A DNA stretch of 64,000 bases from Ktedonobacterales bacterium (GTDB taxonomy: Bacteria; Chloroflexota; Ktedonobacteria; Ktedonobacterales; DATBGS01): NCBI GenBank assembly GCA_036557285.1, contig DATBHW010000016.1, positions 6,995-70,994 of the forward strand. Reading direction: 5' to 3'. The stretch's first letter is position 1, and every line of letters starts with the position of its first letter. Of this stretch, positions 27,643 to 36,394 are shown one piece after another. The notes beneath the pieces are model-generated. The model was not told the DNA's origin. It saw only the letters and a program-made list of their open reading frames with translations, and made no database searches. The translations under genes and the position numbers were made by a program.

Positions 27643-27783
27643 TCAATGATCGCCATTCGTGTTCGACGTTCCCGCAGCAGTTCCCAGACTGCAAGCGGCC
27701 AGGAAACCGCACAGGGTCAGCAGCTCAACCAGAAGTGGTAGCTTGCAACGGTTTGCTACAATGGGATACATGAATGGTCGCAT
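27643..27783 (-). CDS. candidate mini-lipoprotein precursor (46 aa)
   Basis: Below the track cutoff. GAGGGG SD lies 8 nt upstream of the ATG at 27783. Hand translation: MRPFMYPIVANRCKLPLLVELLTLCGFLAACSLGTAAGTSNTNGDH. It has the lipobox LAAC, which would leave a 16-residue mature peptide. It ends 36 nt before the next lipoprotein gene. Confidence 0.35.
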   Translation of the reverse strand: MRPFMYPIVANRCKLPLLVELLTLCGFLAACSLGTAAGTSNTNGDH

Positions 27784-27904
27784 GGTCAGTTCCCCTCATC
27801 CAATGAACATCTTAGTCTGCTCGTTCGCTTGTATTGGCCCGTGAACATATCCTCCCGACGCCATATCTACTATGAGGGAAACCTCAGCCAGATAAAAGCT
27901 CTGA

Positions 27905-27940
27905 CTGGCAGAACTACTCGCAGAATCACTGGCAGAAAGA
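27905..27940 (+). repeat. three tandem imperfect 12-mers upstream of the XRE-STAND regulator
   Basis: CTGGCAGAACTA / CTCGCAGAATCA / CTGGCAGAAAGA are contiguous and end 52 nt before the ATG at 27993. Confidence 0.6.
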
Positions 27941-27992
27941 GCGATTTTCCTGCTTACCCCTTCTGAGGCAAGAAAGAGGAGAAGAGCAGCCG

Positions 27993-30566
27993 ATGGCTTC
28001 TTTTGCGCAGACGCTCAGACGCTATCGCACGCAGCGCGGACTCACCCAGCAAGAACTGGCGGCATCCGCCCGCATCAGCGTGCGCTCCGTCACCGATCTG
28101 GAGCGCGGAGTCAGCCGCAGCCCGCACAAAGACACCATCGCTTTGCTGGCCGACGCCTTGCAGCTTTCGACGCAAGAACGCGCCAGCTTTCTTGAAGCGG
28201 CCAGGGGCCGGGGGACAGCCGCCACAGCCAGGGTAAGCGGCTTATTAGACCTCTTGCCACCGCTGACCTCGCTGATTGGCCGCGAGCGCGAAGAAGCCGC
28301 GCTGGTTCGGCTGCTTCAGCAAGAGCGCACGCGCCTGCTGACGCTCATGGGTTCGGCGGGCGTGGGCAAAACACGTCTGACAATGCAGGTTGCCCTGACC
28401 GTTCAGGAAGACTTCCCCGATGGGGTCTGCTTCATTGAACTGGCGGCGCTGCGTGATCCGGCGCTGCTGATTCCGGCCATCGCCCGGCATCTAGGCGTAC
28501 CCGAACGCGGAGCCACACCGCTCGAAGAAACGTTGGCCGCCGCCATCGGTGAACGCCAGATGTTGCTCGTACTGGACAATCTGGAGCAAATACTGCCCGC
28601 TGGCGCCAGTATCAGCAGACTCCTGGCGCGCTGCCCGCTCCTCAAGGCGCTCGTCACGAGCCGCGCTGCCCTGCGCGTGCGCGGCGAACACCGCTTCCCG
28701 CTGGCCCCACTGGCCTTTCCTAATCCTACCGATCTGCCGACGCTTCCTGAAGTAGCCTCCTATCCGGCGGTGGTCCTCTTTTGCCAGCGCGCCCAGGCCA
28801 TCACGCCGGATTTTGCCCTGCGCACCCAGGAGGACGCCCAGGTTATCGCCCGGCTTTGCCAGCGTCTAGATGGCCTGCCGCTGGCGATAGAACTGGCGGC
28901 GGCCAGGCTCAACATCTTCTCGCCCCAGGCCATGTTGCAGCGCCTTATCGGCCCGCAGGACGATTCCCCGCTGGATATGCTCAGCAGCCCCATCCAAGAC
29001 CTGCCTGACCGCCAGCAATCGGCACGCGCCGCTATCCAGTGGAGCTACGACCTGCTGGATTCACAGGAGCAGCAGGTCTTTCACACACTTTGCCTCTTCG
29101 AGAGCAGCGCCACATTGGCTGCCCTTTGCTCCGTTTCTGAGCGCGACGAGCAGACTATGCTCGCGTCGCTGGCTTCACTGGTTGATAAGAGCCTGGCCCT
29201 GCGCGACGAACGTGACACAGAAACACTCCGCTTCACTTGCCTGGAACTGCTCCGCGCCTACGGGGTCGAGCGATTATACGCCCAGGGAGAAGCCGAACAG
29301 ATGCAAGCGCGTTTCGCTGCCTATTATCGCGCGCTGGCAAAGGAAGCCGAGCGCGGCATTCCCAGCCCTCAGCAAGAACACTGGCTGCGCACGCTGGACC
29401 GCGAACTGCCTCATATCCGCACTGCGCTTCAGTGGTTCTTAGAGAACGCGCAGATCAAACAGGGTTTGCGTCTGGCGGCGGCGCTCACTCGCTACTGGAC
29501 ATTGCGCGGCTTCCTCTCCGAAGGGCGGCGCTGGCTAGAGGTCTTTCTTCCCCAGGCTACAGAGCAGAGCGCGCTCGCTCCCGAAGTTGCCCGCGCCCTG
29601 CTCTGTATCGGTGATCTCGCCTATCGTCAGGGGGCTTATGAGGAATCGCAGGCATTTTGCGAACAAGGGCTGGACCTGTGCCGCGCGCTGCAAAGCACTC
29701 CAGGGACCGCCTTTGCCCTGTGCCTGATCGGTAGAGTCAAAATGGATCAGAGCTACTATCAAGAAGCTGAAGACCACTTACGAGAGAGCCTTGCGCTCTT
29801 CCGCGCCCTGGAAGACACTCAGGGGATAGCGTTCGCGCTCAACCTGCTGGGCGCAACCTTTCTGTATCAGGAGCAATCGAAGCAAGCGGTCGTCTGCTAT
29901 GAAGAGGCGCTGGCGCTGTCACGCCAGCTCGGTGATCTCGAACAGATGGCGCGCAGCCTCAATGATCTGGGTACCATCCTCAAAGCGACGGACAGGCCGC
30001 GCGCTATTGCCATGCTGCAAGAGGCGCAGCGCCTGGGCAAGCGGATTGGCAGTCGGGCTGGGAGCGCAACACTCCTTTCCCACCTGGGACATGACGCTTT
30101 CGAGCATGGAGAATTCGCCCAGGCAGCGGAATATCATCGCGCCAGCCTGAAGGCGCGGCGCGAATTCGGCGATGTTGATGGCGTGGCCTTTTCGCTGTGC
30201 AATCTGGGCAACGCCGAGCGGGAATTGGGGCACGAAGAGGAGGCGAAACAGTTGTTCCTTGAGGCCATCCCGCTCATCCTGCGCACCAATTCGCGGCGAG
30301 GGCTGGCCCGCCTGCTGGAAGGGCTGGCAACGGGGGCCTGTGTCGCTGGCCGCCTGGAAGAAGCCGCCCGGCTCTGGGGCCAGGCCGATCAGGTGCGCCG
30401 CCTCGCCAATTCCCAGGACTCCACTCTGCGGGCTATACTGATGGAGCGCCATCTCTCCAAAGCGAAGCAGGAGTTGGGGCCAGAACGCTATGAGGCGGCC
30501 TTTCAAGAGGGCAGCCAGATGCCCTATGACTCCATTCTGAATGCCTTGCGCCAGAGCGATCAATAG
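27993..30566 (+). CDS. XRE-HTH / NB-ARC-type ATPase / TPR (STAND) transcriptional regulator
   Basis: N-terminal 'LTQQELAASARISVRSVTDLERG' HTH, Walker A 'GSAGVGKTRL', Walker B 'LLVLDNLE', and a C-terminal half of TPR-like repeats. Confidence 0.85.
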   Translation: MASFAQTLRRYRTQRGLTQQELAASARISVRSVTDLERGVSRSPHKDTIALLADALQLSTQERASFLEAARGRGTAATARVSGLLDLLPPLTSLIGREREEAALVRLLQQERTRLLTLMGSAGVGKTRLTMQVALTVQEDFPDGVCFIELAALRDPALLIPAIARHLGVPERGATPLEETLAAAIGERQMLLVLDNLEQILPAGASISRLLARCPLLKALVTSRAALRVRGEHRFPLAPLAFPNPTDLPTLPEVASYPAVVLFCQRAQAITPDFALRTQEDAQVIARLCQRLDGLPLAIELAAARLNIFSPQAMLQRLIGPQDDSPLDMLSSPIQDLPDRQQSARAAIQWSYDLLDSQEQQVFHTLCLFESSATLAALCSVSERDEQTMLASLASLVDKSLALRDERDTETLRFTCLELLRAYGVERLYAQGEAEQMQARFAAYYRALAKEAERGIPSPQQEHWLRTLDRELPHIRTALQWFLENAQIKQGLRLAAALTRYWTLRGFLSEGRRWLEVFLPQATEQSALAPEVARALLCIGDLAYRQGAYEESQAFCEQGLDLCRALQSTPGTAFALCLIGRVKMDQSYYQEAEDHLRESLALFRALEDTQGIAFALNLLGATFLYQEQSKQAVVCYEEALALSRQLGDLEQMARSLNDLGTILKATDRPRAIAMLQEAQRLGKRIGSRAGSATLLSHLGHDAFEHGEFAQAAEYHRASLKARREFGDVDGVAFSLCNLGNAERELGHEEEAKQLFLEAIPLILRTNSRRGLARLLEGLATGACVAGRLEEAARLWGQADQVRRLANSQDSTLRAILMERHLSKAKQELGPERYEAAFQEGSQMPYDSILNALRQSDQ

Positions 30567-30599
30567 GTTCATGACCAGAGGAAAGCGAAGAACAGCGAG

Positions 30600-31526
30600 A
30601 TGTCAGCGCCGCTGATTACCCTGACAACCGACTTCGGGCAGGCCGATGGCTACGTTGGCACGATGAAGGGCGTTATCCTCAGCCGCGCCACGCACGCACA
30701 GATCATAGACCTGAGCCATGAAATCCCCCCGCAAGGCATCGCGGCGGGCGCATTCGTCCTCTATCGCGCCTACCGCTACTTCCCGCCCCGGACTATCCAT
30801 GTAGCCGTCATTGATCCTGGCGTGGGTACTGCCCGGCGCGCCTTGCTGCTGATGACAGGCCAGGGTCGCTTTATCGGGCCAGATAACGGCCTCTTCAGCT
30901 ATGTACTGCGCGAGGCTATCGCCCTGGCCGCTGGATGGACCGGCACGCCCGCCAGTGTCCCCGCCGTCTGGCATCCAGACTTTGACCTCGAAGCCGTCCT
31001 ATCCACCACGGCGCGAGAGCGCCTGCCCACTGCCTACGCGCTGACCAACCCGGCCTACTGGCTGGAAGGGCCTGGCGCGCCCGCGCGAGCCGCAGGCGTC
31101 ACCTTCCAGGGCCGCGACCTCTTTGCGCCCGTCGCGGCGCATCTGGCGAATGGCGTCGCGCCCGCCGAACTCGGCCAGCCCGTCCCGCTGGAGAGCCTGA
31201 CGCTGCTGCCGACATCGAGACCCATCCGCTCGCCTGGCGTCATCGAGGGCCGCGTGATTGCCGTTGATCACTTCGGCAATCTGATCAGCAACATCGCGGC
31301 GGGCCTGCTGCCCACACTGGGACCGTTGGACGCGCTTCAGGTATCGCTTGGCGCATATCGGCTGCCGGGTGTTCATACCACCTACAGTGCGGCGCAGCCC
31401 GGCCAGCCGCTGGCCCTTATCAACAGCGCGGGCCTGCTGGAAATTGCCATCCGCGAAGGCCACGCCGCCCATCAGCTAGGCGGGCGCGTCAGCGACACCA
31501 TATTCTGTAGGAGCGCGAGCGGTTGA
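30600..31526 (+). CDS. SAM hydroxide adenosyltransferase / SAM-dependent halogenase family (DUF62) protein, variant
   Basis: 'LTTDFGQADGYVGTMKGVI', 'IDPGVGTARR', 'GPDNGL' and 'TFQGRDLFAPVAAHLANG' are present. The Gln at nt 31107-31109 sits where I recall a His (FHGRD) in hydroxide-type members. Confidence 0.8.
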   Translation: MSAPLITLTTDFGQADGYVGTMKGVILSRATHAQIIDLSHEIPPQGIAAGAFVLYRAYRYFPPRTIHVAVIDPGVGTARRALLLMTGQGRFIGPDNGLFSYVLREAIALAAGWTGTPASVPAVWHPDFDLEAVLSTTARERLPTAYALTNPAYWLEGPGAPARAAGVTFQGRDLFAPVAAHLANGVAPAELGQPVPLESLTLLPTSRPIRSPGVIEGRVIAVDHFGNLISNIAAGLLPTLGPLDALQVSLGAYRLPGVHTTYSAAQPGQPLALINSAGLLEIAIREGHAAHQLGGRVSDTIFCRSASG

Positions 31527-31565
31527 TTTCGCTTGTTATCTCGACAATTTCAGAAGGGATAGCTT

Positions 31566-32126
31566 ATGCTCACACTTTTCTATTCGCCTCATATGACCAG
31601 CGTTGATAACGAGGCCGGGCGCGCGTCCGGCCATGCCAATGTCCCACTCTCTGACGCTGGGCTTCAGCAGGCGCGCGAACTTGGGCAGCACTACGCCACA
31701 GCCGCCCTTGATGCCGTCTTCTGCTCCGACCTTCAGCGCGCCTCTCTGACGGCTGAAATCGCTTTCGCCGGGCGTGGACTACCCCTTGCACCAGATGCCC
31801 GCCTGCGTGAGTGTAATTATGGGTCACTGACACAGCAGCCGCCTGCTCAAATCGAAGCAGAGTTCTTGCAACGTATTGCCGAGCCATTCCCCAACGGCGA
31901 AAGCATGCGCATGGTCGTGCAGCGCGTGGGCGCATTTCTGCGCGATGTTCTGCGCGACTATGATGGGAAAACCATCGTCGTAATCGGCCATCGGGCCACC
32001 AAATATGGCCTGGAGTACTGGTGTGGGAATACTTCACTTGAGGAGATTGTCTCTGCGCCTTGGGAATGGCGAGACATTCCCATCTGGCGCTATGAACTGC
32101 ACGCCCACAACCTTGAGAAGTCGTGA
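31566..32126 (+). CDS. histidine phosphatase (phosphoglycerate-mutase-like) family protein
   Basis: N-terminal 'SPHMTSVDNEAGRASG' (catalytic-His segment of a subfamily lacking the canonical RHG Arg) and a distal 'VVIGHRATKYGLEYW' His motif. Confidence 0.75.
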   Translation: MLTLFYSPHMTSVDNEAGRASGHANVPLSDAGLQQARELGQHYATAALDAVFCSDLQRASLTAEIAFAGRGLPLAPDARLRECNYGSLTQQPPAQIEAEFLQRIAEPFPNGESMRMVVQRVGAFLRDVLRDYDGKTIVVIGHRATKYGLEYWCGNTSLEEIVSAPWEWRDIPIWRYELHAHNLEKS

Positions 32127-32243
32127 CAGAAGAGAAACCTGTTGCCAGCAAACGCGCAATTTCTGACCGGATGCGCTATAGTTGAGAAGAAACGTAACCG
32201 AGTCGCCCGCCCCACGTATTTTCAAGAAGAAAGGAGATACTCG

Positions 32244-33605
32244 ATGGCATCCTATCACTATCCGCCTGGCCCGAAACCGCGCCGCTTCTTCGGCAATATT
32301 CTGGAGTTCCGCCCCGACCAGTTGGGCTTTATCACCAATTTGCAGCGCACCTATGGCGACGCCGCTACCATGTATTTTGGCAAGACGCCCGCCGTCCTCT
32401 TCACCCGCCCCGAAGCCATCCGTTACGTACTGATCGAAAACGCCCGCAACTTCATCAATCGCCCCGTCTTCGAGACGCTGCGTCTGCTGCTGGGTGATGG
32501 CCTGCTCAGCATTGATGGCGATTTCCACCGCCAGCAGCGCCGCATGGTCCAGCCCGCCTTTCACAAGCAGCGCGTGGAAAGCTACCGCGATACAATGGTT
32601 GCCTGCGCCGAGCGCATGCTGGAAGAATGGACCCCTGGCAGCCAGCGCGACATCGCCAACGAGATGATGCGCGTCACTATGCGCATTGTCGCCAAAGCAC
32701 TCTTCAACGTCGATCTTGTCAGCCAGATCGACGCCATCAGCCAGGCGTTCTCCGAGGCCAGCGCCTATTCCCGGCGCTCGCGCGCGCCCTTCCAGTTCTT
32801 TCGTCTCAACCTACCCTTCACCACCTATGGCAAATATGTACGCTCGCGCAAATACCTGGATGACACGATGGCCGATCTCATTGCCCAGCACCGCGCCAGC
32901 GGCGAAGACAGCGGCGATGTTATCTCCATGCTGCTTCAGGCGCAGGATGAAGACGGCAGCACTATGACCGATCAACAGGTGCGCGACGAGACATTAACGC
33001 TGCTGGCTGCCGGACACGCCACCACCGCCAATACCCTCTCCTGGGCCTTCTATCTGCTCTCCAATCATCCAGAGCAGCGAAAGACGCTACTCGACGAGCT
33101 TCAGCGCGTGCTAAGCGGCAGAGCGCCAACGGTGGACGATCTGGCCCGGCTTCCCTATCTGGATATGGTCGTCAAAGAAGCGATGCGCCTCTATCCGCCC
33201 GCCTGGATGCAGCCGCGCTACACTGTGGACGACTTCGAGTATGGCGGCTATCATATCAAGCGCGGCACGATTATCCTGATGAGCCAGTGGGTGACGCATC
33301 GTTTGCCTGACCTCTGGCCGGAGCCAGACCAATTCAAGCCGGAGCGATTCCACCCCGAAACCGGCCAGAAATATCATCCGCAAGCATACTTCCCCTTTGG
33401 CGCAGGCTCGCGTATCTGCATCGGCATGCCCTTCGCCAACCTGGAGGCTCGCATCCTGCTTGGCGCCATCTTGCAGCGATACGTGCCACGCCTGGCCCCT
33501 GGCTTCCCCGTCGTGCCGCAGCCGATGGTCACGCTCTTCCCCAAGTTTGGCTTGCAGATGATTCTGGAGCCAGCCGCGAAAGTGGAAGCTATGCAGCCAG
33601 CCTGA
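32244..33605 (+). CDS. cytochrome P450
   Basis: 'FPFGAGSRICIGMPFA' heme-thiolate loop, 'EAMRLYPP' (ExxR region) and I-helix 'AAGHATTA'. AAGGAG lies upstream of the ATG at 32244. Confidence 0.9.
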   Translation: MASYHYPPGPKPRRFFGNILEFRPDQLGFITNLQRTYGDAATMYFGKTPAVLFTRPEAIRYVLIENARNFINRPVFETLRLLLGDGLLSIDGDFHRQQRRMVQPAFHKQRVESYRDTMVACAERMLEEWTPGSQRDIANEMMRVTMRIVAKALFNVDLVSQIDAISQAFSEASAYSRRSRAPFQFFRLNLPFTTYGKYVRSRKYLDDTMADLIAQHRASGEDSGDVISMLLQAQDEDGSTMTDQQVRDETLTLLAAGHATTANTLSWAFYLLSNHPEQRKTLLDELQRVLSGRAPTVDDLARLPYLDMVVKEAMRLYPPAWMQPRYTVDDFEYGGYHIKRGTIILMSQWVTHRLPDLWPEPDQFKPERFHPETGQKYHPQAYFPFGAGSRICIGMPFANLEARILLGAILQRYVPRLAPGFPVVPQPMVTLFPKFGLQMILEPAAKVEAMQPA

Positions 33606-33647
33606 AAGGGGAAAAGCAGCACACAGAGCCGCCGTGTTGACCCAAAC

Positions 33648-33661
33648 GTGAGCTAGCTCAC
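33648..33661. repeat. perfect 14-bp palindrome GTGAGCTAGCTCAC
   Basis: Read directly. It lies between the P450 stop (33605) and the next ATG (33738). Confidence 0.5.
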
Positions 33662-33737
33662 AGACTCCCTGTGAGAAGGGAGATAGAGTAGCAGGAACTC
33701 AGCATAAGAAACCAGTATCAGAAAGTTGAGGAACTGT

Positions 33738-34346
33738 ATGGCTCAGTCCACTCTCATCGGGAAACAATTCCAACGGCTCCCCCATCAACCGCTCTTGAAA
33801 ACGCTTCAGGCGCTCCCCAAAATACTGGCTATCACGCTGCTCGTCTTCAGCATACTGGCATTAACTGCGGCTATCTTGTTTGATGATCTGCTGGCTGATC
33901 CGTTTTCGCCTGTAGGTTCCCAGCCCACCTCCCTGCTCTATCTCCTCGTCGTGGCAGGTGGCTCGCTTCTGCTGGCGGCTGGCTGGCGTTTTCCCGCTGC
34001 GCGCCTCACTCTCTGGCAGAGCGCCCTGATCTTGCTCGGTATCTCGCTGGGGCTGGCGTTCAGTCTCCAGCACGTTGCTTATCAGTATACCTGCTGCATG
34101 TTCGCCTACCAGATTGGCTACGGCTATCCCTTTCCAGCAGCGGTACACTCTTTTGTATCAGAGAACTATCTCTCGTGGAGCCAGGTGTATGCGCTGATGC
34201 GCCAGCATCCCAATCTGATAGACCAGCGGCTCGCCTGGCCTTCGGTTATCGCCAACAGCATGTTCTATGCGCACGCCGTCCTCATCCCAGTCGTCACGCT
34301 TCGCGCCGGGCTGCGCCTCTTTGCGCGATTCGCCCACAGGCAGTAA
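33738..34346 (+). CDS. hypothetical integral membrane protein
   Basis: About 5 hydrophobic helices. GAGGAA lies 5 nt upstream of the ATG at 33738. Confidence 0.55.
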   Translation: MAQSTLIGKQFQRLPHQPLLKTLQALPKILAITLLVFSILALTAAILFDDLLADPFSPVGSQPTSLLYLLVVAGGSLLLAAGWRFPAARLTLWQSALILLGISLGLAFSLQHVAYQYTCCMFAYQIGYGYPFPAAVHSFVSENYLSWSQVYALMRQHPNLIDQRLAWPSVIANSMFYAHAVLIPVVTLRAGLRLFARFAHRQ

Positions 34347-34479
34347 GGTCACGCGCTATCGCCGTCTTTCTCTTCAGGTTCTACTCAAAAGCCGGGGGTG
34401 CTACTTGCGTGTACCGCTGCCAGGGACGGCAGCGCATCGTTCGCCAACGCGAACGCTGGCGCACCGAAGGAATGAGCGT

Positions 34480-35160
34480 TCAGCCTCGCGGCCCTTCGCC
34501 GAGCAGCGCCGCTATCATTCCCTGAACGAAGGCAATCTCATCCTGGCTGACCAGATGGCCCATGCCTGGATAGAGACGCATCGTCACCTGACCGCCCAGG
34601 CGTTGCAGCACGTCAGCCGTAAGCTCTACGCGCGCTTTGGGGATGTGCGGGTCAACATCGCTGCACCCCAGAAAGACCGGCGTACCCGCCAGCGCCCCCG
34701 GATACGCGCGCGGGGCATCGTCTGGGCCAATCAGCCCGCCGCTCAAGCCTACAATTCCACCATAGTGCCGGGCATGCCGCGCCACAAACTCCAGCGTCAG
34801 GCACGCGCCCTGCGAAAACCCCAGCAGGATCGTGCGCTCGGCAGGGATGCCTGCCCCCGACACCTGAGCCAGCGCGTGGGCCAGAAACGCCAGAGCAGAA
34901 GAGAGCCAGGGTTCATTGCTGGCAAACGGTTCCGTGAAGCGATTGGGATACCATGTATTCCCCGCAGCCTGCGGAGCCAGATAGGCAACGTCAGGCCGGG
35001 CCAGTTCGGCAGCCACTTCTAGAATATCAGCAGCAGACGCCCCGCGCCCATGTGCCAGTATCATCGCCAGCCGCGCCTCTACGAGCGCCGCGCCAGCGGC
35101 CAGAATCGGTTGGCCGCGATGCGGGCCGGTAATCTCAGGAGTCAAATCACTCATAGTCAT
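34480..35160 (-). CDS. phospholipase/carboxylesterase-family alpha/beta hydrolase (MhqD-like)
   Basis: 'LLGFSQGACL' GxSxG nucleophile elbow, a later 'CSDVDPHIP' Asp and 'GMGHLV' His. About 225 aa, as in this family. Confidence 0.8.
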   Translation of the reverse strand: MTMSDLTPEITGPHRGQPILAAGAALVEARLAMILAHGRGASAADILEVAAELARPDVAYLAPQAAGNTWYPNRFTEPFASNEPWLSSALAFLAHALAQVSGAGIPAERTILLGFSQGACLTLEFVARHARHYGGIVGLSGGLIGPDDAPRAYPGALAGTPVFLGCSDVDPHIPKARVELTADVLQRLGGQVTMRLYPGMGHLVSQDEIAFVQGMIAALLGEGPRG

Positions 35161-35771
35161 CCAACCTCATCGCCAGAAAGCGCCTGGCGAATGTGGCTTA
35201 CAAGTTGCTCAGGAGCGCCCGGTCGGCCACGCAGGCAGAGCCGATGGTTCGGCTGACCAGGCATTCTGAACATATCAGCTACCGGCTGGAAACCTGCCAG
35301 GATCATGCCTTTCTGTGAGGCAACATTATCACTATCCGCGCCAATCAAGGCCAGACGAAACCCTTGGGCGCGCAGTTCGCTGCTGATATATACCAGCAAG
35401 GCGGGATAAAGGCGCTGCCCGCGATAGGCAAGCAGCGTGGCACAATCCCAAATATAGGCTTCGCCTGGCCCCAGGCGGATACGCAGGCCCAACTCTCCAA
35501 TCCCCTCCTCGTCAAACGTCACCCAGCCATAGGCGGCAAGCGTTCCCTCCACCCAGGCGACATAGCAGCGCCGCCCCGCCGCGAAACGCTCAAGCGCCAG
35601 GGCTGGCTCTTCCAGCCCCATCGCCTGGGAAAGCGCGAGCGCCGCCTCCGCATTCACCCGCTCAAACCGCGCCTGGAGGCGCGGTTTGAGGTCATCTGGC
35701 AAAGGCTCCTCCAGATTCAGCATCCAGAACGTGCCAGCAGGCTGCGGGTCGAACTCGGAGGCAGGCGTCAT
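35157..35771 (-). CDS. GNAT-family N-acetyltransferase
   Basis: 'YIWDCATLLAYRGQRLYPALLVYISSELRAQGF' fits the acetyl-CoA-binding motif A. 4-nt overlap with the downstream gene. Confidence 0.65.
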   Translation of the reverse strand: MTPASEFDPQPAGTFWMLNLEEPLPDDLKPRLQARFERVNAEAALALSQAMGLEEPALALERFAAGRRCYVAWVEGTLAAYGWVTFDEEGIGELGLRIRLGPGEAYIWDCATLLAYRGQRLYPALLVYISSELRAQGFRLALIGADSDNVASQKGMILAGFQPVADMFRMPGQPNHRLCLRGRPGAPEQLVSHIRQALSGDEVG

Positions 35772-35776
35772 CTCGG

Positions 35777-36349
35777 CTATACCTCTGCTGCCACTCCCGT
35801 CAGAGAGGGCGCTCTGCGTTGGGTCAACTCGGTAATCGCGTCGGCCAGGTGGCTATCCTCGATGTTGTACGCGCCAGCCGCCACGCGGATACGATGCGCC
35901 GTGTTGAGAACATCGGCAACGGTACAGCCCTCCGGCGGCACAAACTTGTAACAGGCCATTTCGAGTAGTTGCCCGTTGGGATCGCGGAAGTAGATCGAAT
36001 GCATAAAGCCGCGATCAATCTCTCCCGTGTTCCAAATGCCGCGCTCGTTGAGCCGCCCAGCCACCTGGGTATAGACTGCCCGCGAAACCGTAAAAGCCAG
36101 GTGATGCAGGTTCCCAATTCCTTCCGGGTTTGGCGCGGGATCATTGACACGCGATGGGCGCACAAAGAACGTAATCAGCCGCCCGTCGCCTGTATCGAAA
36201 TACAGGTGCTCTTCGTCCGGCACATCCAGATTCGGCTGGGCCATCACCAGCGGCATTCCCAGCACGCCCTGGTAAAAGTCAATCGTGGCCTGCCGGTTCG
36301 AGCCAACGAAGGTAATGTGATGAACGCCTTGCGCTTGGATGTTGCCCAT
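35777..36349 (-). CDS. VOC-family (glyoxalase / ring-cleaving dioxygenase) protein
   Basis: 'GVHHITFVGSN...TIDFYQGVLGM' and 'LHHLAFTV' metal-ligand segments, plus 'HSIYFRDPNGQLLE'. Confidence 0.8.
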   Translation of the reverse strand: MGNIQAQGVHHITFVGSNRQATIDFYQGVLGMPLVMAQPNLDVPDEEHLYFDTGDGRLITFFVRPSRVNDPAPNPEGIGNLHHLAFTVSRAVYTQVAGRLNERGIWNTGEIDRGFMHSIYFRDPNGQLLEMACYKFVPPEGCTVADVLNTAHRIRVAAGAYNIEDSHLADAITELTQRRAPSLTGVAAEV

Positions 36350-36394
36350 ACGTGTGCCTCCAGGCTGTCTCGAAAAGGTCTGCGTTTCAGGTCA

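Noticed and set aside
27993-30566. NB-ARC/TPR STAND protein (and the 38669-42001 STAND protein) as possible Avs-like anti-phage sensors.
   Set aside because: Both have N-terminal DNA-binding domains (XRE HTH, SARP wHTH plus BTAD) rather than nuclease, protease or other effector domains. They sit next to plausible target operons. The regulator interpretation is more economical.
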